A DNA stretch of 64,000 nt from Chara braunii (lineage: Eukaryota; Plantae; Charophyceae), in the NCBI GenBank assembly GCA_003427395.1, contig BFEA01000013.1, forward strand, positions 2,298,264-2,362,263, read 5' to 3'. The notes below the pieces were generated by a model, which saw only the letters and a program-made list of their open reading frames with translations, made no database searches and had not been told where the DNA came from. Below, piece after piece: positions 63,038 through 64,000 of this stretch; the first letter of the stretch is position 1; each line of letters opens with the position of its first letter. Both the position numbers and the translations under genes were made by a program.

Positions 63038-64000
63038 ATTGTTATGAATTTGGTTGTCTGTCGATTTCAATCAACACTCACACAAGCGATCTTACACGCC
63101 CATACATGCATAAGAAGAAGGGGAGAGGAGACAGAGTCACACACTGCTCACAGACAGAATAAGCAGCGGAAAGCAAAGATGCACAAAGTGTGGAGACAAC
63201 ACACAGTGTTTCTCTCTCTGGCGATGATCCCAACAACCAATCATAAGAGGACACCACAAGAAACACAACAGAACGTAACCAAGTTTGAGCCTAGATCGAC
63301 CACGAATGTTACAAAGTTCTCTCCCAATGTTTACCCACCACTGAAACCTACACTACACCCCAACTCCTACACTCTGTTAGTAGCGTCACACTGAAACGGT
63401 CTCTCAGAGGCCAGCGCCAACCAGAATGATGGAGGAGGAGGCTAGCGCCAAGTTCCTGATGAAGATGAAGAGTTTTTGACGTCAAAAGCTGCAGCTATGG
63501 ATGCAGCGCAACTGTCTCTGCCACACAACAACCTCAGAAGCAGTCCACCCACAAACAGCTGTGTAGAGCCTCCCTATAGCCCAGAGGATCGCAAGCACCC
63601 TCAAGGGTGAGCGCGTGGAGGGAACCCTAGCTATGGCTGTCCTCTGACTAGGGACTTAGGATGCCACCTGCAGTCAATCGTCACCTTCCTTCCTTTCCTT
63701 GGCTCCGCTTATGCATCCTGGCAAAACAAAAGCCACCAGTTTGAAAAGCCCCAACTAGACTGACTCAGTCCTATTATTAGCTCTAACCTAGACGGACTGG
63801 ACTGACCGGTACCGTTTCAATTTCGGCCTATACGGCCTCTCCCGACCCGGCTATAGGCTATAGGACCTGTCTATCAGCGTAGGCCCGTAGGCCTGTCGGT
63901 CCTGGTGGTAGCCCGGGTCTGCTATTCGCAGGTAGGGTGACTGTAGGAAATCCGGATTAGTGCCGGCCTGGAATTCTGCAACTTTGCAGATGTGGCCCTC

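Larger units (their letters stand above)
27997..64000 (-). mobile_element. Chromovirus (element 4) whose 3' LTR is split by element 3; 5' LTR runs off the window
   Basis: 5' LTR 63040->64000; Met PBS 63026-63037; gag 60027-~61500; pol 56299-60030. 3' LTR pieces 27997-28870 and 55900-56196 match consecutive parts of the 5' LTR. An N gap separates the 3' LTR from the internal region, so that linkage is inferred. Confidence 0.85.

Overview
Eukaryotic, transposon-saturated plant-lineage DNA. The helicase exon, the atp4-like fragment and the retroelement types fit a non-seed streptophyte such as a charophyte alga (inference). The only host coding sequence I can find is one 696-bp exon (11444-12139, +) of a Sen1/UPF1-like SF1 helicase, so most of the window is probably giant intron. 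The transposons are: a young but crippled chromovirus (979-9720), two older minus-strand chromoviruses, solo LTRs, an L1-type LINE remnant and hAT/MITE-like elements. The highlight is a 27-kb Ty3/gypsy element (28871-55899) with about 7.7-8-kb LTRs, nested in another element's LTR. It is primed by tRNA-Asp and carries a tRNA-Asp(GTC)-shaped cloverleaf just upstream of its PPT. Both LTRs hold a tRNA-derived A/B-box segment and about 770 bp of diverged nuclear LSU (25S/28S) rRNA. A second capsid-like ORF sits in the env position behind a splice acceptor, and a mitochondrial atp4 fragment is inserted in gag. All similarities were judged by eye; no searches were run.
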